A DNA stretch of 64,000 nt from Octopus sinensis (GCF_006345805.1 NC_043011.1:6386001-6450000), one strand, 5' to 3'; shown: positions 49,876-62,888, counted from the stretch's first letter. Program-made: numbers and translations. The notes: generated by a model from the letters alone, not told the origin.

Positions 49876-50812
49876 TATATATATAACTAATGTAGGATAA
49901 AATTTTTTTCGGGAAAGATTTTTTTATCAATGGCCAGCATAAGTTTCGAGACGCATAAATTATTATGGTTATTGACACATTTTGTCTTTTTTCGGCATAT
50001 TTGGCATTAGAATTTTTCTTTTGCCCTTTGATATTAACTCTCATGCGACTCTGCATCTTTCTTTCTTTCTCTCCCATTCCCTTTTCGTCTTTTTTCCCTC
50101 ACTTAACTTGTCTCTTCCTCTCTCTCTCATTCTTCATTCTCTCTCTCCTTTCACCATTCTTCATGGTCTCCTCGCACCATTCCCCTTCTTCTCTCTCTTC
50201 CTCTTGCTCCTCCTCCCCCATTCCCGTCGTCCATCTGCGACGATACTCCGTCGTAACTGCTATCCTGTCTTTTCTCGCCCGCCTTCTAAGGCTACTGGTC
50301 GACATTTTTTCTCTCTCGTCGTCCCTATAATCCAGCGTTTGCAATACTTTTTTCGTCTGGCGTTAACAGCCCTTCTTATCTTGTTCTCCTTGTCCTGTCT
50401 CTCACTGTTATATATTTATTTTTCCACTGTTTATATATATATTTTTTACTGTTTATATGTTGTACTGTCGTTACCGTCTTGCTTTTTTTACCCCTCTGCG
50501 AAAAGATCTCAGATTTTAATTGATTTGCTTTTCGCAGGAAGGAAGTTTTCTTCGAAGTATACGTCTCGCTTTTATCCTTCGAAACGTTTAGTAGATGAAA
50601 CCTTAGCGACTGAAGAAGGGGATTTTTCGTTGTGCTTATTGTCCTGTATCTCTTTTTTTGCTTGTCTTGTTCCTTGGTTTGTGTCTATGTTTTTCGTCTC
50701 TCTATGTGTTCGACGTCTTTTTGTGTCCTGTACACATATATGCGTGTATATGTACATGTAGAGGTAGGTACGTACATATATGTTTATATATATGCATATG
50801 TTCTATTTTATT

Positions 50813-50858
<46 letters not shown>

Positions 50859-51012
50859 GGTGTGTGTGTGTGGTTGGTGTTAGGAAGGGCATACAGCTGT
50901 AGAAACTCTGCCAGATCAAGACTGGAGCCTGGTGCAGCCATCTGGTTCGCCAGTCCTCAGTCAAATCGTCCAACCCATGCTAGCACGGAAAGCGGATGTT
51001 AAATGATGATGA

Positions 51013-51049
<37 letters not shown>

Positions 51050-52044
51050 TGCAGACATGACTGTATGGTAAGAAGCTTGCTTCCTAACCACATGGTTTCA
51101 GGTTCAGTTCCACTGTGTGGTACCTTGGGCAAGTGTTTTCTACTATAGTAAATTGTAATCAATCTATGATGACTAAAATTAGTCATAAATAAATGTGTGT
51201 GTGTGTGTTTTGTATCTGTGTTTGCCCCACATAACTGCTTGGCAATTAGTGTTGGTGTATTTATGTTCCGGTAACTTAGTGGTTTGGCAAAAGAGAACTG
51301 ATAGACTAGGTACCAGGCTTAAAAAAATAAATCAAGTAATGGGGTCAATTCTTCAATGTGATGCCCCAGCATGGCCGCAATCTAATGTTTGAAACAAGTA
51401 AAACTTAAGTAAAAGGAAAATATAGACAGACACTTAACGAGCTGCTAAACCTCACATCTCTGCTGCTTGTCTCCCTCCTCCCTTCTGCACATCTCACTTC
51501 TCCTTTTCTTCCATTTAGTTTATTTAATTAATGCTAATTTATTTCACTTTAGTTTTTTTTTTGTTTTTTGTTAATTGTTTGTTGCCTTTGTTGTTTCTTT
51601 TTCTTGTAGAAACTATCATCTGCAACTAGAAAAGTTTTCTAAGATGTGATTGTGTTTAACTTTGCTTCTGTTTCAGCAGTGTAGACAATTGTGGTTTAAT
51701 GTCTTTCCCATGCATTCTTTTCAACATGACATAGAGTACAAATAATGGAGTGAATCGGTGTTGAAATGTATAGCAACCGGCTAAATTAACTGTAATCAAT
51801 CTATGATGACCAAAATTAGTCCGTCTGTCCACATTAAACCTGTCGGTGACTGTCCAGTAGTATCCAGGGCACTCAGTTCTCTGTTGCCTTTCACTATCAG
51901 CTGCATGCTTAAAAACTATTCAAAGGGCCCCATGGAATATCATCTTGAATAATTTTAGGGAGCCAAATGTGTCTTTTGGTGTAGGGTCCTACCTAAAAGG
52001 AAACACCGCATTTATGAGGTGGCACAAGCGGTGGTTATGTCATT

Positions 52045-52469
52045 CTCTCTTTTCTCTTTTCTCTCTTTCACTTCTTTCAGTCATTTGACTGCGGCCATGC
52101 TGGAGCACCGCCTTTAGTCGAGCAAATCGACCCCGGGACTTATTCTTTTTGTAAGCCCAGTACTTATTCTATCGGTCTCTTTTGCCGAACCGCTAAGTGA
52201 CGGGAACGTAAACACACCAGCATCGGTTATCAAGCAATGCTAGGGAGACAAACACACACACACAAACATATACACACACACTTATATATATATATATACA
52301 TATATACGACAGGCTTCTTTCAGTTTCCGTCTACCAAATCCACTCACAAGGCATTGGTCGGCCCGGGGCTATAGCAGAAGACACTTGCCCAAGATGCCAC
52401 GCAGTGGGACTGAACCCAGAACCATGTGGTTGATTAGCAAGCTACTTACCACGCAGCCACTCCTGCGCC
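52045..52469 (-). mobile_element. SINE family A, full length
   Basis: Reverse complement of 55584-55985 and 58794-59222. Confidence 0.92.
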
Positions 52470-52783
52470 TATATTATATGAAGAATAATTAAATCTTCCA
52501 TAGACATTATAGTCATATATTATCAACCTGTAATACCTTGGTCAACACCACTGTGAAACGAACACTCGTTTGTCCAATAGTTTGCCATTCCATATCTGCA
52601 TGAATCTCATGGAGTGTATTGAGCTGATTTTCTACACCTGGATGCCCTTCTAGTTGCCAACCTTCATCAACGTAATATTTATTCATGGCCAGACATGTTC
52701 TCACAAAGTATTGGAAATGAATGACACTGCTTGTATAACAGTGACATTCATTTACAGCTATCATGTGATGTCAAGACAAAGAG

Positions 52784-52819
<36 letters not shown>

Positions 52820-53060
52820 TGGGTTTAAGGCTTCGGGGCTGTAGTAGAAGACACTCTTTTCAAGGTGCCATGCAGTGGGACTGAACCCAGAACCATGTTA
52901 TTGGGAGGTAAAGTTCTTAACCACATATACCTGTGCCTGTCAATAGTTATCACCTCTTAATTATGTTTTTGTCACTAAATTAAATATTCACTAAATTCAG
53001 TCCTTGCAGTTCTGCCACCTGATGGTTGCGTGCATAATTTTCTCCTCTCCTTCTCTTCAG

Positions 53061-53223
53061 ATGGTCAATATGAAGCATTATTGGAAAAAAGGTTTGCTGA
53101 ACTGCATGCACGGCTGAAGTTTGCTGAGTCTCTGAACAAGCAGAGAAAAAATGATATTCACATCCTGCGTAGTCAGTTCACGTACCTCTTGCAGTCCGTA
53201 CTTCACAGCAATGTTTCAAACAA
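53061..53223 (+). CDS. MGAT4: MGAT4A/B-like coding exon 2 (coiled-coil stem)
   Basis: Acceptor TCTCTTCAG|, donor AA|GTAAGT; DGQYEALLEKRFAELHARLKFAESLNKQRKNDIHILRSQF resembles the MGAT4 stem (REFLALRDRLHAAE..); phase 1 to 2. Confidence 0.85.
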
Positions 53224-55583
53224 GTAAGTCAGCTCACATGTGTGGTTTTCTTTGTTTTGTTTGTTGCTTCCTTTTCTTTGTTTCTACAGAAATCAATTGT
53301 ATTGATATTGACCCACCGGACACATGTAATTGCATGTTCGATAATGTGATAGGATACCTGTGACCTTATATGAGACTGGTAAGCCGATGCATTTAACTCT
53401 TTCAAGCTGACACCTGAGACTGGAAGAGATTTCAGTGGGATGATGTTTTCCAGAGGACAAGGAATGGTCATAATGTTTAGTACAGGGTCTGAGGGCTTGG
53501 ATACAATATGGGTGACAAAGCGGCAAGCTGGCAGAATCGTTACTTCTGCTGCATCCTGTATGGGTATAAAACTATTTTTATGTTTGCCCACAATTTTCCT
53601 TTTCACCCACCACTGACAATATAATCTCTTCCATTTACTCTCTTTCTTTTGCACCCCTCCACACACAATGGTATCCACTTTATTACTGTCTCTCCTTCAC
53701 CACCCTCTCCCAACTATAATTCTGTTTCTCTCATCATACTTTGACCTCACCTTACTTCATATCTGCTCTTCTCTCCTTTAGTTATAGATCCACTTAGGTT
53801 TTGCAAATGGCTAGAAGACCTCATTGATGTTGGTGCCACAGGAAACCGCACCTAGTACTCCTTGTAAAGTAGTTGGCATTGGGAAAAGCATCCGTCTGTG
53901 GAAACTTTGCCAAAGCAGACACTGAAACCTGATGCGGTTCTCTGATTCATTGAATCTTGTTGAATTGTCCAACCTGTGTCACCATGGGAGGCAGACATTA
54001 ACTGTTGATTGATAATGATGATGACTGTATCCTATGTAAAAGTTAGGACGGGAAAGGGCAACACCCATGAGACCTGAAAGGGCAACACTCATGAGTCTTA
54101 ATAAAGACTGATGTAACCAGTGACTATCCTGAATATCTCATGATATTCAGGATGGTTAAGTGTGGCTAGCAAGTTACCAGGGAGTCTAGTCTGACTAGAA
54201 CAGAGAGGGCTTGGTGAAAGGTACTCTAAAATTTAATCTGTTACTTAGTTTAACATTACTGTTCGGCCCCTGTGTAACTTTAGTCATGTCCATATGGGGA
54301 TGAAAGCATTCAAATCAGAGAACAAGGTATGCCATAGTGTCCCAATTTATTGTAATGATGACACAAACCAATATAGGAGTTTCTGTTTTTACTTGACATA
54401 GTGGAGAAAGCTGCCTAATATCCCTCAAGTAACACCCCCCCCCCCAGGTAGTACTAGATCGTGACTGACCTGTGGTTAAACAACAGCAATAATTTGAATG
54501 AACAAGGAGGCTTCTATAGAGTTACACAACTGATCCCATGTAGCTATCAACCTTGCTTCACCAATTTCCTCTTTGAAAGCTGACCGTCAGTATTTTTAAG
54601 AACTGGTTTGCTAATTGTGTCGTTTTTTCTGTCACCTCAATGTGGTCAAACAACTGACCAATATTCATGAACAATAAGTAGTTTAAAAAAGCTCTATAAT
54701 ACAAATTCGTTTGCTTTTAATTTATTGGCTTTCAGACTGAAACACTAGTATATAAAACACTCTAGGGTCTCTTTTGTCAGTAACTAGCACAATGTTCTTC
54801 AACTAAATTGCTTGGGTACCACCTCAAAATGTCATCCACAAATACAAATAACATTGTCTCCATGATATATTATTTTGATAAATTATTTAAAGATGGTCTT
54901 TTAATCAATGTGACATATAATGAATGCATAAATGATGGAATATCGTGCCAGTCTGGCATTTATGTGGTTGCTTTGTTTCCGTTATTGTTGTTATTGAATA
55001 ACCATGGTCAGTTTTGTTTGAATAGTTCTGTGGTGTGTAGCTAGGCGGACTAGTAATTGCTTGACCTGCATTCTGTCAGTGGTCATCTGATATTTGTGAA
55101 GATACAGTAATATTAGGATTAAACATGTGATTTCTGTTTGAAGGATGGAAATGTTTAGGGGAGACTTACTCTATAAGACTGGCTGTGAGCAGTTGAGTGA
55201 CTATGAAAATAAATGTTATTCTTTCATAGGCCTGAGTTTTTATTACTTGTTGAAGAATATCTCTGGTCAATTCTGTTCAAATTGACCTAATTACTCTGGG
55301 GACAGTCAATTTAGCATTGTTGTTATTTAGTCCTACATTGGACCTAATTGAGCAAACGTACAATCAAAGATATTCTACTCAGGATCATCCCATCGTTTTA
55401 ATCAATGTTTCTAGGATTACGTTGTAAAGTATGGATTATGAGATAATGTTGCTGATACAATAGTATGTTCCTACCTACCTACTTACTTTTGTGTCATGCT
55501 ATAGGAAAGTAATAAGAAAAAAAGAAATAAGTTAGTAGAGGCAGAAGCAGCAGTAGTGATAACAGTGGTGTTGATAATGAACA

Positions 55584-55985
55584 GGCGCAGGAGTCGCTGT
55601 GTGGTAAGTAGCTTGTTTACCAACCACATGGTTCCGGGTTCAGTCCCACTGCGTGGCACCTTGGGCAGGTGTCTTCTACTATAGCCTCGGGCCGACCAAA
55701 GCCTCGTGAGTGGATTTGGTAGACAGAAACTGAAAGAAGCCCGTCGTATATATATATATATATGCGTGTGTGTGTGTTTGTGTGAGTGTGTTTGTCCCCC
55801 TAGTATTGCTTGATAACCGATGCTGGTGTGTTTATGTCCCCGTCACTTAGCGGTTCGGCAAAAGAGACCGATAGAATAAGTACTGGGCTTACAAAGAATA
55901 AGTAAGTTCCGGGGTCGAGTTGCTCGATTAAAGGCGGTGCTCCAGCATGGCCGCAGTCAAATGACTGAAACAGGTAAAAGAGAGA
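55584..55985 (+). mobile_element. SINE family A, full length
   Basis: tRNA-like head, internal (TA)(TG), tail GAAACAGGTAAAAG. Confidence 0.92.
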
Positions 55986-56301
55986 AAGTGAGAGACAGAT
56001 AAAAAAAGAACAGGATGTAGAAATTTCAGAAGGTGAAGGTCATATGGGAATGGAGTAGGAAAAGTCAAAATATGAATATATAGCAAAGCTTGTAATGTCA
56101 TGGCATCTTCAGTTATGTCTTTCTCCGTATTTCTCCCTTAACTCCTTCAATTATTGTGTCTCTTTGTTTGTCTTATGCAATAGGTGTTAATAGTGCATTT
56201 GGATGCGTTTCTGCCAGAGTTCTTCAGGGGAACACTTTATTACATCATGTTAACATGGATCAGATGCTTCTGTTCTCTCTGTACACACACACACACACAT
56301 A

Positions 56302-56683
56302 TCTTTATATATAAAAGTAAGGTTGTGTGCTGTCTGTCCCCTACGAGTTAGATTCCTAACTACTCCCACATTTTGCGGTGCAGTTTAACCCAAACCGGGT
56401 ATCTTATAGTCGTGATTCATATCGAGCCCTTCTGGGATGAGTCTACGATTTAAAAAAAAAATTTACCATCATTTTCCTCCATTTTAATGCATTTTTTTCG
56501 CTATTATATAAGGGAAGTAACTCTCTGAAAATGTCTACGATGAGTCAACGATTTAAAAAAAATTTACCATTTTTTTCCCATTTTTAATGCATTTTTTTTG
56601 CTATTTTTTGGCTACAACTCTCTAAAAATGCTTATATAGTTATTTCCCTTACAAACCCGAGCAACGCCGGGCGATACTGCTAG
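56302..56683 (+). mobile_element. Complete 382-bp non-autonomous Helitron
   Basis: A|TCTTTATATATAAAAG 5' end; hairpin CCCG-A-GC-AAC-GC-CGGG (56656-56671); CTAG|T 3' end; inserted between A and T with no TSD. Confidence 0.88.
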
Positions 56684-56874
56684 TTTTTATTAAAAGTTAC
56701 AATAAATGTATTATTATTATAATTGACACTGAAAATATCCGAAACGAAGGTTTTTAATTTGTTTGATAAAAATAAATGAATATTATACGGGTTTTCTTTT
56801 TTCCTAACTATATACCTATTTTGTCTCCCTCCTGTATATATATATAAACATATGATTCATTTTCTCTGTTCTAG

Positions 56875-57050
56875 GTCAGTCCTAATCGAGAAGTTTCCAA
56901 GTGATCTCCAAACAGCTCTAGTCAACTTCACTGACCTTTATGGACAGTCCTCCATCCATTTACCTAGCCTTTTCACCTATCTCCCTCATCTGTCTCACAA
57001 TCCGAATGGCATGAGACCAGCCTATAAATTGTCTCGCAACCGCTTTGGAG
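56875..57050 (+). CDS. MGAT4: MGAT4A/B-like coding exon 3
   Basis: Acceptor CTGTTCTAG|, donor GAG|GTAAGT; LPSLFTYLPHL..MRPAYKLSRNRFG matches MGAT4 LPTVFHHLPHL..LQPAV..GRTG; phase 2 to 1. Confidence 0.9.
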
Positions 57051-57145
57051 GTAAGTCGTTAAACATTGGTGGGATGTGGGGTGATGGCAGTGCTTTGTTA
57101 ATTTTATTTTGTGCATATGTGTGTGTGTGAATATGTGTGTGTATG

Positions 57146-57180
<35 letters not shown>

Positions 57181-57932
57181 ATGTATATATATATATGTGT
57201 GTGTGTGTATATATATATGTATACACATTGGTACAAAAATGACTGTATAGTCACAAATGCAGCTGTGTGGTTAAGAAGCTTGCTTCCAAAGCATCTTTTC
57301 TTAGGTTCAGTTCCATTGCACAACCCTTTGGATACATGTCTTCTCCTTTAGCCCTGGTATGTCCAATTCTTTGTGAGTGGATTTGGCAGATGGATGACTT
57401 GCCCACTCTAGAATTTTTTTTTGCTGTTGGTGGTGGGGAACAAAACACACACACACACACACACAACAAGCTTCTTTCAGTTTCTGTCTATGAAATGCAC
57501 TCACAAAGCTTTGGTCAGCTTGAGGCTATAGTAGAAGACACCTGTGGAATTGATCTTGGAAGCATGTGGTTGGGAAGCAGACTTCTTGCTTCACAGCCAC
57601 ACCTGTGCCTATGGTAATATGAATAAAAATAAAATGGAAGAAAGGAATAGTGACTTATTGATCCTAGAAACCTGACAAGGTTTCCTCCTCGCTGAGCTTT
57701 GCCTCACAGTTTAGTGGTTAACAGTTTGAGTGACATACCACTGTAAATGATACTTTCAGCATTCAGTGAACCATGGAAAACTGTATGTAAAAGCCTCACA
57801 CGGCTAAACAATTTTATTTTCTATTTGTTTTCTTTTCTTTTTCCTTAAGAAAGAGTCTATTGATTGTGTATAGATTCATATCTAGTAGGAATCATTGAAG
57901 GTATTGATGAGTATTGATTAAAAATAAACTCA

Positions 57933-58330
57933 GGCGCAGGAGTGGCTGTGTGGTAAGTAGCTTGTCTACCAACCACATGGTTCCGGGTTCAGTGTCTTGT
58001 TCCGGGCAAGTGTCTTCTACTATAGCCTCGGGCCAACCAAAGCCTTGTGAGTGGATTTGGTAGACGGAAACCGAAAGAAGCCCGTCGTATATATGTATAT
58101 ATATATATGCGTGTGTGTGTTTGTGTATCTGTGTTTGTCCCTCTAGCATTGCTTGACAACTGATGCTGGTGTGTTTATGTCCCCGTTACTTAGTGGTTCG
58201 GCAAAAGAGACCGATAGAATAAGTACTGGGCTTACAAAAGAATAAGTCCCGGGGTCGAGTTGCTTGATTAAAGGCGGTGCTCCAGCATGGCCGCAGTCAA
58301 ATGACTGAAACAAGTAAAAGAATAAAAGAG
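57933..58330 (+). mobile_element. SINE family A
   Basis: Near identical to 55584-55985. Confidence 0.92.
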
Positions 58331-58793
58331 TCAAGTAAATAAGATTTTTTTTTTTGTTTTTGTAAGCGGAAATCTTTGTGTATGCTGCTCATCCCTAATA
58401 TCAGGAGTGAAATGAATTGACTTAGCTTAGCTCCACCCGACCACGTCGAGGAGCTGAGAGATAGCTCCTGTCTTGTAATTGGAATACCAGCTCCTGGCCA
58501 GGTTTATTTTGGCTCAGTGCTGCGAAATATTGAACCCCTCGTTAGTTTGCTGTGGACTGTAATGCGCTGTACATCATCCTGGCATGGTATCATGGCTAAT
58601 TGGGGTAGGCATGGCTGGCTGTGGGGGGTCAAGAAGGTAACTTGAAAACCACAAGTTGAGGGGTTCAGTCCTTCTGCAGAGATGCTGTTTGAGGCAGATT
58701 TTCTACGGCTGGATGCCCTTCCGGTTGCCATCCTTAACTGGTTTCCATGCAGTACTATCTCAATATTTTCCCTTGTTAAACATGTTAAACATA

Positions 58794-58958
58794 GGTGCAG
58801 AAGTGGCTGTGTGGTAAGTAGCTTGCTAACCAACCACATGGTTCCGGGTTTAGTCCCACTGCGTGGCATCTTGGGCAAGTGTGTTCTGCTGTAGCCCCAG
58901 GCCGACCAATGCCTTGTGAGTGGATTTGGTAGACGGAAACTGAAAGAAGCCTGTCGTA

Positions 58959-59005
<47 letters not shown>

Positions 59006-59222
59006 GTGTTTGTGTGTCTGTGTTTGTCCCCCTAGCATTGCTTGACAACCGATGCTGGTGTGTTTACGTCCCCGTCACTTAGCGGTTCTGCAAAAGAGAC
59101 CGATAGAATAAGTACTGGGCTTATAAAGAATAAGTCCCGGGGTCGATTTGCTCGACTAAAGGCGGTGCTCCAGCATGGCCGCAGTCAAATGACTGAAACA
59201 AGTAAAAGAGTAAAAAAGAGAG
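58794..59222 (+). mobile_element. SINE family A
   Basis: Near identical to 55584-55985. Confidence 0.92.
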
Positions 59223-61399
59223 TATGTTTTTCACAGAAGACTGAAAACAACTCTGCTTATATGACAGTGCCGCTCATTTACAATTATCACATATCTAGAC
59301 AAGGCTGTGCACCCCACCCCCCACACACACACAATATAGGCTTTTTTTCAGCTTCTGTGTATGAAATCGATTCAGAAAATTTTGTCCACTTTTGCACAAT
59401 GGGATTAGACTCAAGACTATATGATTTGGGAAGTAAGTTTCTTAACCATGCGGCCATGCTTGTTCCCTGTATAGTACAAGAAAATAGGGATAATATGACC
59501 CTATGTAAAGTTGGCTTCTGTTTGATGACAAAATTTGCATAACAGTGTTTTCATGAGAAATAGCGCCGAGCAACAATAAAGATGAAGAGCCCTGACCATA
59601 GTTACAAAAGTATAAACCAAGGAATCAATGGTTTTAGTCCATAGTTTTTCCTCTCCTTCTCAAGGATAATATTACTTGTTGTACCTTAAGAGGATTATTT
59701 TATTGTAATCAACTTCTATTGTTTACAGATCAATCAATCAATTAAATTATTGATTAGTAGACAATGTAACTTAAGCCTACAGCCAGTGTGTATGGTTATT
59801 GGTAAAATAACCTTCTCAAAGTACAGCAATATTGATTCCGACCTGGTTTCTCATCACAGTTCGTACAAAGCCAACTTCATTAATGAAAATGTCAAATCAT
59901 TTTCCTTGAATTTAACCCACACTCACTTCACGCTAACCATCATTGTTCTCCCTTTTTAATTTATAAATGCAGTTTTTATATTTTCCGATAGTTCTTTTTT
60001 TTTTTTTTTTTCACTTGTTACAGAGAATGGTGAAATGCAGAGATTAGTTTTAGGGGGGTTAAACACACATAGACTGTGGGCATGCTGGGGCTCAGCCCTG
60101 AAGGGTTCAGTTGAACAAATTGACTGCAGTACTTGTGTTTTATGTAGTCTGATATGTAGTTTTATGTACCTGCTAAGTTACAGGGATATAAACAAACCAA
60201 CACTAGTATCCAAGTGATGATGGGACAAACACACACACACACACACATGTATATATGATGGACTTGTTTCAGTTTCTGCCTACCAAATTCACTCGTAAAG
60301 CATTGGTTGGCCCGGGACTTAACTTGAAACAATACATTTGCAATGAGAACTGCTTTAACCTCGTGACCAATGCTGTGTTTTTGTTTGTTTAATCTCTCAG
60401 CATTCGGATTACTGCCAAGTGCAAAACTTATTCATTCATGCTTTGAATTTATCCTTCATTATCTTGTAGTCTTGAGATTTTGATGATGTAATTATTTTTT
60501 AGAAAGATATTGTAGGGTAAGTGTAAGAAGCCAGATGTGGCCAGTTTGAACATAAAACAGGCAGAATATTTTGGTTGGATACTGTTGGTTTAAATGTTAA
60601 CCTGTTTAGCCAGTGTTTTCATAAATCCATTTCTCTATATTTAATCAATTTTTCTATATTTCATCCATTGATTTGTTTCCTTGTATTATTGTGCATATTT
60701 TCCAGCAGGCAGGGCTTTGGATAGGGAGGTATTTGAGACGGGATTTTACTGTTGGATGATCCTTTTATTCAAAGAAGGGAATTTTTTTTTTTTTACTTCA
60801 TAGATCTTTGAAAACACAAAGCAGCTAGTTATAATGTCAATAAGCAATGGAAGCCTCATTCATTGTTTTGCTGAAGCAAAAGCCATGAAATGTCAACAAT
60901 CATGCAGGCATGCCTGTACACGTACTGGCAACTAACACATGCATGCACGCACACATGCACGCACACATGCACGCACGCACAGAGAGAGAGAGAGAGAGAG
61001 AGGGGGACAGACCTTTTAGTTTCCATCTACCAAATTTACTCACTAGCCATTGGTCATCCTGAGGTTTAAATAGAGTTTGCCCAATGTACCCTGCAGTGGG
61101 GCTGTGCCTGAAATCACACCTATGTCTGTCCCCATTTTAAATAAATCCAATGTTCATCCATGGCCATGATTATATCTGGAACCATTCATGTGTTTTCTGT
61201 TAGGGCTTCAGCCCTGCCAAAGCCTTGTGAGTAGATTTGGAAAGCAGAAACTGAAAGAAACCTGTTCTGTATGTTTGTGTCTTTGTGTTTGTCCCCCGCC
61301 ACTGCTTGACAACCAGTTGGTGTGTTTATGTCCTTGTAACTTAGCGTTTCGACAAAAGAGACTTATAGAATAAGTACTAGGCTTTAAAAAAAAAAGTCC

Positions 61400-61705
61400 T
61401 GTGTGGCATCTTGGGCAAGTGTCTTTTGCTATAGCCCCAGGCCGACCAATGCCTTGTGAGTGGATTTGGTAGACGGAAACTGAAAGAAGCCTGTCGTATA
61501 TATGTATATATATATGTGTGTTTGTGTGCCTGTGTTTGTCCCCGATGCTGGTGTGTTTACGTCCCCATCACTTAGCGGTTCGGCAAAAAGATACCGATAG
61601 AATAAGTACTGGGCTTACAAAGAATAAGTCCCGGGGTCGATTTGCTCAACTAAAGGCGGTGCTCCAGCATGGCCGCAGTCAAATGACTGAAACAAGTAAA
61701 AGATA
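61400..61705 (+). mobile_element. SINE family A, 5'-truncated
   Basis: Begins at GTGGCATCTTGGGCAAG. Confidence 0.85.
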
Positions 61706-62007
61706 AATTCTGGAGTTATCATAACCCACCCCCCCAATTGATTTTCCTTCATGTTTGCCATCATTCAGTCAGGATGCAGATTGCAGATGTAGAGGGCCCC
61801 GTTTGTCAATGAGGCAAGCAGAGGCCAACAGATAGTTGTGCATTCTGCTCAAAGGCAGAAGATTAAAATAACTACAGTAGTAGTATTTGATCCCTTGACC
61901 ATGTGTTCACTAGTAATCCAGCACCTTAAAAACACAATTTTTTTGTCTTTCAGCAGAGCTCTTAACCATTCTAATGACTTATGGCATTGTTTTTGGATTC
62001 ATTGCAG

Positions 62008-62141
62008 TTTCTATGGTGTTTGGCATTCCGACGATAAAGCGAGACAGAGTCAGTTACCTGCGTCGAACGTTGCATTCACTGATTGATGGACTTAACGAAG
62101 AAGAGAGAGAGGACTGTCTAATTATTGTGTTCGTGGCTGAG
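62008..62141 (+). CDS. MGAT4: MGAT4A/B-like coding exon 4 (start of catalytic domain)
   Basis: Acceptor TTGCAG|, donor GAG|GTATGG; [45 protein letters not shown] is the conserved GT54 family motif. Confidence 0.95.
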
Positions 62142-62580
62142 GTATGGTTAATGCTGTTGTTGTTGTTGTTGTCTGGCCCCAGTTCGGCCCTGAATAAGCA
62201 CATCCTGCGGTTCAAGATGTTCCAACTGTGACCTTCCCATCTTTTTGTATATCTAGGACTATGTGTCTCTTCTTTTCATTGATGGTAGGGTGTGATTTGA
62301 AAGAATTTGGCTGCTATTTTTAGTAGGTCAAGTGATGATAGTTTTCTTTTTTTTTTTTGTTTAAAAATATATGGTGGTCATTGCAATGTGACAGTTTGTT
62401 CACTGATCTGTTTTGGTCATGTATGGTGTGTAATGTAAGTACATGAGGTGGGGCAAAGGTTTGTACAAAAAATAAAGGAAGGAAAAAAAAACCCACCCCA
62501 AAATAAGAAGGTCAAATGGTAATAAAAGTGGAGAGAACAGTTGTTTGTTGGTAAATAGTCAGTTCCTATCCATTCAGGCA

Positions 62581-62680
62581 NNNNNNNNNNNNNNNNNNNN
62601 NNNNNNNNNNNNNNNNNNNNNNNNNNNNNNNNNNNNNNNNNNNNNNNNNNNNNNNNNNNNNNNNNNNNNNNNNNNNNNNN
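62581..62680. other. Assembly gap (100 N)
   Basis: Run of N. Confidence 1.
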
Positions 62681-62850
62681 ACTCTTATGTTGGAGCGAGG
62701 TCATTTAACCCTATTATCTCCCCTAATTTTGCTCTGTGTCTCACGTTTGATCTTTGACTTCTGGCCGAAATCAGATCGCCATGTTGATTTGCAAGCCTCT
62801 GCACGCATTTTTTTTCCTCTCCTTCTTTCTGTGTTTTTTTTCTCTGTGTA

Positions 62851-62888
62851 TCTTTCTGTTGAAGAGCGTAGGCTCGAAACGTTAAAGA
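62851..62888 (+). ncRNA. Minimal type I hammerhead-like motif, copy 1
   Basis: TCTTT-CTGTTGA-A-GAGC-GTAG-GCTC-GAA-ACGT-T-AAAGA. Confidence 0.6.

Larger units (their letters stand above)
47176..50202. repeat. Tandem duplication of a 1511-bp unit (47176-48686, 48687-50189)
   Basis: Offset 1511 drifting to ~1506; 13-bp TCTCTCTCTTCCT at 47176, 48687 and 50190. Confidence 0.95.

Noticed and set aside
54053-54102. Short 24-bp tandem duplication AAAGGGCAACAC(C/T)CATGAG
   Set aside because: Two copies only, with no associated structure or context.
61953-62007. Upstream extension of MGAT4 exon 4 ([11 protein letters not shown])
   Set aside because: Homology starts at VSMVFGIP, and the TTGCAG acceptor at 62007 gives the phase matching exon 3.
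62417-62757. ORFs spanning the N gap
   Set aside because: Artefacts of undetermined bases.
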